Assembly: GCA_976226885.1 (NCBI GenBank)
Contig: OZ320313.1
Coordinates: forward strand, 164,300,001-164,364,000
Reading direction: 5' to 3'
DNA: 64,000 nt
Origin: Iphione sp. A-MEVVRFRX5
Taxonomy: Eukaryota
Part shown: positions 60,601-64,000 of the stretch, in pieces
Numbering within the stretch: the stretch's first letter is position 1
How the letters are laid out: every line of letters starts with the position of its first letter
Program-made: the position numbers and the translations under genes
Notes under the pieces: model-generated
What the model saw: the letters and a program-made list of their open reading frames with translations, nothing else
Database searches by the model: none
What the model was told of the DNA's origin: nothing

Positions 60601-62245
60601 GTATCATTTACTATAGCATCTCAGTTATCAAGTTCACCACACACCATTCACTGTCGTATGTCAGTGCTCAAGGTCACCTCACACTATCCACTGTAGTATA
60701 GCATTCCTCAGGTTCACCACATGCCATTCACTGAAGCATCTCAGTGCTCAAGGTCACTACACACCATTCACTGTTAACATCTGAGTGCTCAAGGTCAACA
60801 CATACCATTCACTGTAGCATCTCAGTGCTCAAGGTCAACACACACCATTCACTGTTAGCATCTCAATCCTCAAGGTCACAATACTCTATACACTGTTAGC
60901 ATCTCAGTGCTCAAGGTCACGACATACCATTCACTGTTAACATCTCAGTGCTCAAGGTCAACACACACCATTCACTGTAGCATCTCAGTCCTCAAGGTTG
61001 CAATACTCTATACACTCTTAGCATCTCAGTGCTCAAGGTCACGACATACCATTCAATAAAGTTGCTCAGTTCCCTGGATATTGCTTTACACCACTCAGTT
61101 CCAAATGCTTTGCTTGCAATATTGAGTGTCACCTCATAGTGAGTGAGCTTTTTGAGATCATAGAAGGGTAAACGAACAATTTCATTATTCACAGTTTTAT
61201 TATTCACCCTGATTAATAGACTGACAGTGGTGAACGTGTACTATTAGTGCATGGCAGAAGTATTTTTGAACGAAATGTAAGTGAACCTTTGTGTCTTTTT
61301 ATACATGTGGATTCAGAGAAGTAATTGAAATCCTCCATTTGTTGCAGGAGGAGCTAGAGAAGCGGGAAGAAGAGCATCAAGACATGTACCTGGCAATGTT
61401 CCAGAAGGGCAAACAGTGCCACAACTTCGAGAGGCAAGAGGAGGTAGGTACTACCCCCATCTAGCCCAGTTTCTATCCAAGGCTTCTAGTAGTGGTGACA
61501 GACATGCTGGTATAAACGTCCTGTGCTCTGTCTTTGTTTCTCATACCTCGTATGTTTAACGCTGGTTTCCCTCCCTTTATTTTCTTTCAATATGAAATAT
61601 ATGATTGATGGATCAACCATAACGAAATTTCCTTTCACAATATGTATTAAGTTTTGTCAAGATATCGTGTCCTCTGCTCTCGTACTAAACTGTATTTGGT
61701 TATATGATGTGTATATAGAGAGATTTTGTATACAAATATATAACATGATGTTCATGTGGGTTAAAACTACCATTATATTTCTTATATCGTCTCCTTTGAC
61801 TAATTAGCTGGAGAATCTGGGCCGGTCGGGTGCCAACCAGGTGATGGTGGACGAGCTCATTGAGAAGCTCGAGCACACGGAGTCCAAGCTGGGCCGCTGG
61901 CAGACCATCAAGACCTGCGAGACCTACACGGACGCCACCAACCGGCCCGAGTCGGAAGCGGACGCGCGCCTGCGCTTCCTGCGCGACTCGCTCTTCCACT
62001 ACATCATGGACGCGCAGAACGCCATGCAGCATCTGCGGGCCATGGCGGGCATCGTCGACTTTACGCACGCGCAGAGGGAGCAGGTGGACCGCGTGCTGGC
62101 GGCGAGGGAGAAGGGCGTGGTGAAGGGCGTCAAAGACAAGCTGAGCGAGAAGAAGAAGGTCGTGCAGTTCGTCTTCAAGGAGAAGCGCGAGGAGGTGCTC
62201 GACCGGCTCAGGGAGCACCGGGCCAGACGTAATAGTCACCACTGA
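57630..62245 (+). CDS. qtc: Quick-to-court-like coiled-coil + C-terminal GRIP-type domain protein, 655 aa, 5 coding exons
   Basis: Exons 57630-58752, 59323-59480, 60304-60456, 61348-61443, 61808-62245 (1968 nt, GT-AG, phases consistent). EYLTPLQRKDQ + heptads; REEEHQDMYLAMFQKGKQ and ARLRFLRDSLFHYIMDAQNAMQHLRAMAGIVDFTHAQR resemble recalled insect Qtc motifs (QMYLQMY.KGQEA; LQFLKSAIYYFLTD.EN..GHL.AI..IL.F). All three frames are closed between acceptor 57509 and the ATG. Confidence 0.85.
58763..59160. repeat. Purine-rich (GA) low-complexity intron segment
   Basis: Direct reading. Confidence 0.85.
60445..61053. repeat. 40-41-bp minisatellite, about 15 units, beginning at the qtc exon 3 / intron junction
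   Basis: Unit cactgtagcatctcagtgctcaaggtcaacacacaccatt; aaggtc recurs at 60791, 60831, 60872 etc. Confidence 0.92.
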
Positions 62246-64000
62246 ACCCCCCCCCCCCCGCCCCCAACTACCCATGTAGAGAGGTTATAAATTCTCCGGT
62301 ACCAGGTGGGAAGGGACGTGAAGGAAGTCAGGGGGAGATATATACATGTTTACATTGCATAGACTACTTCCCTAGAAACATGTGTACACTCCTTGTTAAT
62401 CCTGTTCTGGTGATAAGATCACGTATCATTTATAGGACAGAGAAGGCAAAAGGTTCACGCTCTCAGTGAGCCAGATCTGTTCTTAAAACGCTGTTGCTAT
62501 TCTGGGTAGATTTTATTTTGCTCGTGGAGGCAAGTGGTTCTGACTTGTTAGAACAGTGGAATTAGGCCGAATACGATCCACTACACGTCAACTGACCTCT
62601 CACAGAAAGACCATGCCGATGGTAAAAGGGCACTTTGGATCTTGGAGAAGGTTAGCAGGTTATCTTCAGTTCAGACTGATAATTACCAAAAAGAGAGCGA
62701 GTAGCGCGAGTTGATGCTATGAATATAACAAGCCCCACCGAACTACCAAGAGATATGAGGATGGAGAGGTTATTAGAAGGGGAGTGTTGAATATGAACGG
62801 TATTAATTTGTAGATTTGTGAAGGGTAGCACTTAGACTACGAATAAGACGTTCCAGGCCAGCTCTATAGACGACGGAAATATATTAACTCGGTTATTCTG
62901 GGTCTGGTAGGAGAAGGCAGTGTTATAGGCTAAGAGAATGTCCATTGATAGAATGTCCATTGTCTGCGCAAAACGTATGTTGAGTGGAAGTTCGGTTCTG
63001 CTGATGAAGTGCACAAGGGGTGCAGATAATGTAAATATAAAAGTATTTCGTCTTAATCGGACCAGAGATGATGAATGAGTGGGGATATTTCTGTATGTCA
63101 AACTTGTAAATGTGCGTATATATCTAGCAGCCGAAGTTTATCGAAGGTACACTTCGTCTTAGTGTATGCCCGTGTGGTTTTGTTCCAGCTAGATGTGTTG
63201 ATTTATGTTTTTAAGTTAAATATTGACTTTCGTCCAATGGACTGGGGATATTTGCAAGACGCTGGGTGCTGTCCAGTTGTATACTGGTACGAAATGGCTA
63301 CATCTTCTACAAATCGGCCATTCACAAGAGACACTGGGGAAGGAAGGTATACCTTGAACAATGTGATAACTATCTCGTTGCATGACTTGATTTGATGACA
63401 GAAAGATCAATTAATGTCATGAAGACCTGACTTCCTGTATTCCTTGATAAAAATACGTCCATGTATTGATGTCATGTTTAAATATAAAGATAAGACGAGC
63501 AAATTTAGTTTATCGTCGAGAAACTCTTTGAGAGTTACTCGATATTTGTGAGTATATTTACATGTCCATCATTTACCTACAGTAATTTTGTTGTTGCTGG
63601 GAGGCCTAATTTACTTCGATGTGACCCCGAACTAACACATTGATTGGAACGATCTCCGCTGTTCTGTATTATCTGTAGAGATATAGAGCCAAACTAGCAC
63701 GCACTGCTGTCACTGTAGGTAATACATGTATAGTGTCACCATGGACAATATCGATAGTGTCGCAACAGTTTTTATTCTGTACAAAGCGTCCATGATGGAC
63801 AATCGTTTCCTAAAATATCAAGCAGCTAGATTTAAATGAAAAAATATTATGACGGAAACAATATCTGGACTGACAGACACGTCACGTTACAAGCTGGGAC
63901 ACAGGGGACACATGTATTCCAAAGGACCTTTCACTTGAAGTGAGGGGATCGCCCATGGTAATGCAATTAAAGTTATCCAGCCAAAACCAAGTGCTGCCCA

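Noticed and set aside
1-64000. tRNA, rRNA, snRNA or known conserved miRNA genes
   Set aside because: No cloverleaf/B-box, rRNA motif or recalled mature miRNA sequence seen by eye; a covariance-model search could still find diverged ones.

Overview
Draft eukaryotic (animal) scaffold with six N gaps, AT-rich introns and GC-rich exons. The repeat style suggests a marine invertebrate, plausibly an echinoderm-like deuterostome; this is inference. Three spliced protein-coding genes can be built by hand. (1) The first two coding exons of an SMCHD1 orthologue lie on the minus strand (2759-2330); the gene continues off the left edge. (2) Head-to-head with it is a complete plus-strand PDZ + 2xPH gene (PDZPH1-like; 10 coding exons 8836-41055, about 970 aa), with sequence evidence for two more internal promoters and first exons (17.1-17.5 kb and about 33.0 kb) giving shorter isoforms. 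(3) A complete plus-strand quick-to-court-like coiled-coil/GRIP gene (5 coding exons 57630-62245, 655 aa) has a His/Gly/Ser-rich N-terminus and several candidate non-coding first exons. The rest is intronic or intergenic DNA with non-autonomous DNA transposons (a piggyBac-type MITE, several Tc1/mariner-pogo-type MITEs with internal minisatellites, a 5-bp-TSD MITE family), micro/minisatellites and CTCF/RFX/CRE-like motifs. I found no rRNA, tRNA, CRISPR array or intact transposase. I cannot support a wholly new biological system. The best leads are the invertebrate SMCHD1, the multi-promoter PDZPH1-like gene, a minisatellite built from a splice donor, and a long intronic hairpin. All family assignments are from recalled sequence motifs, not from database searches.
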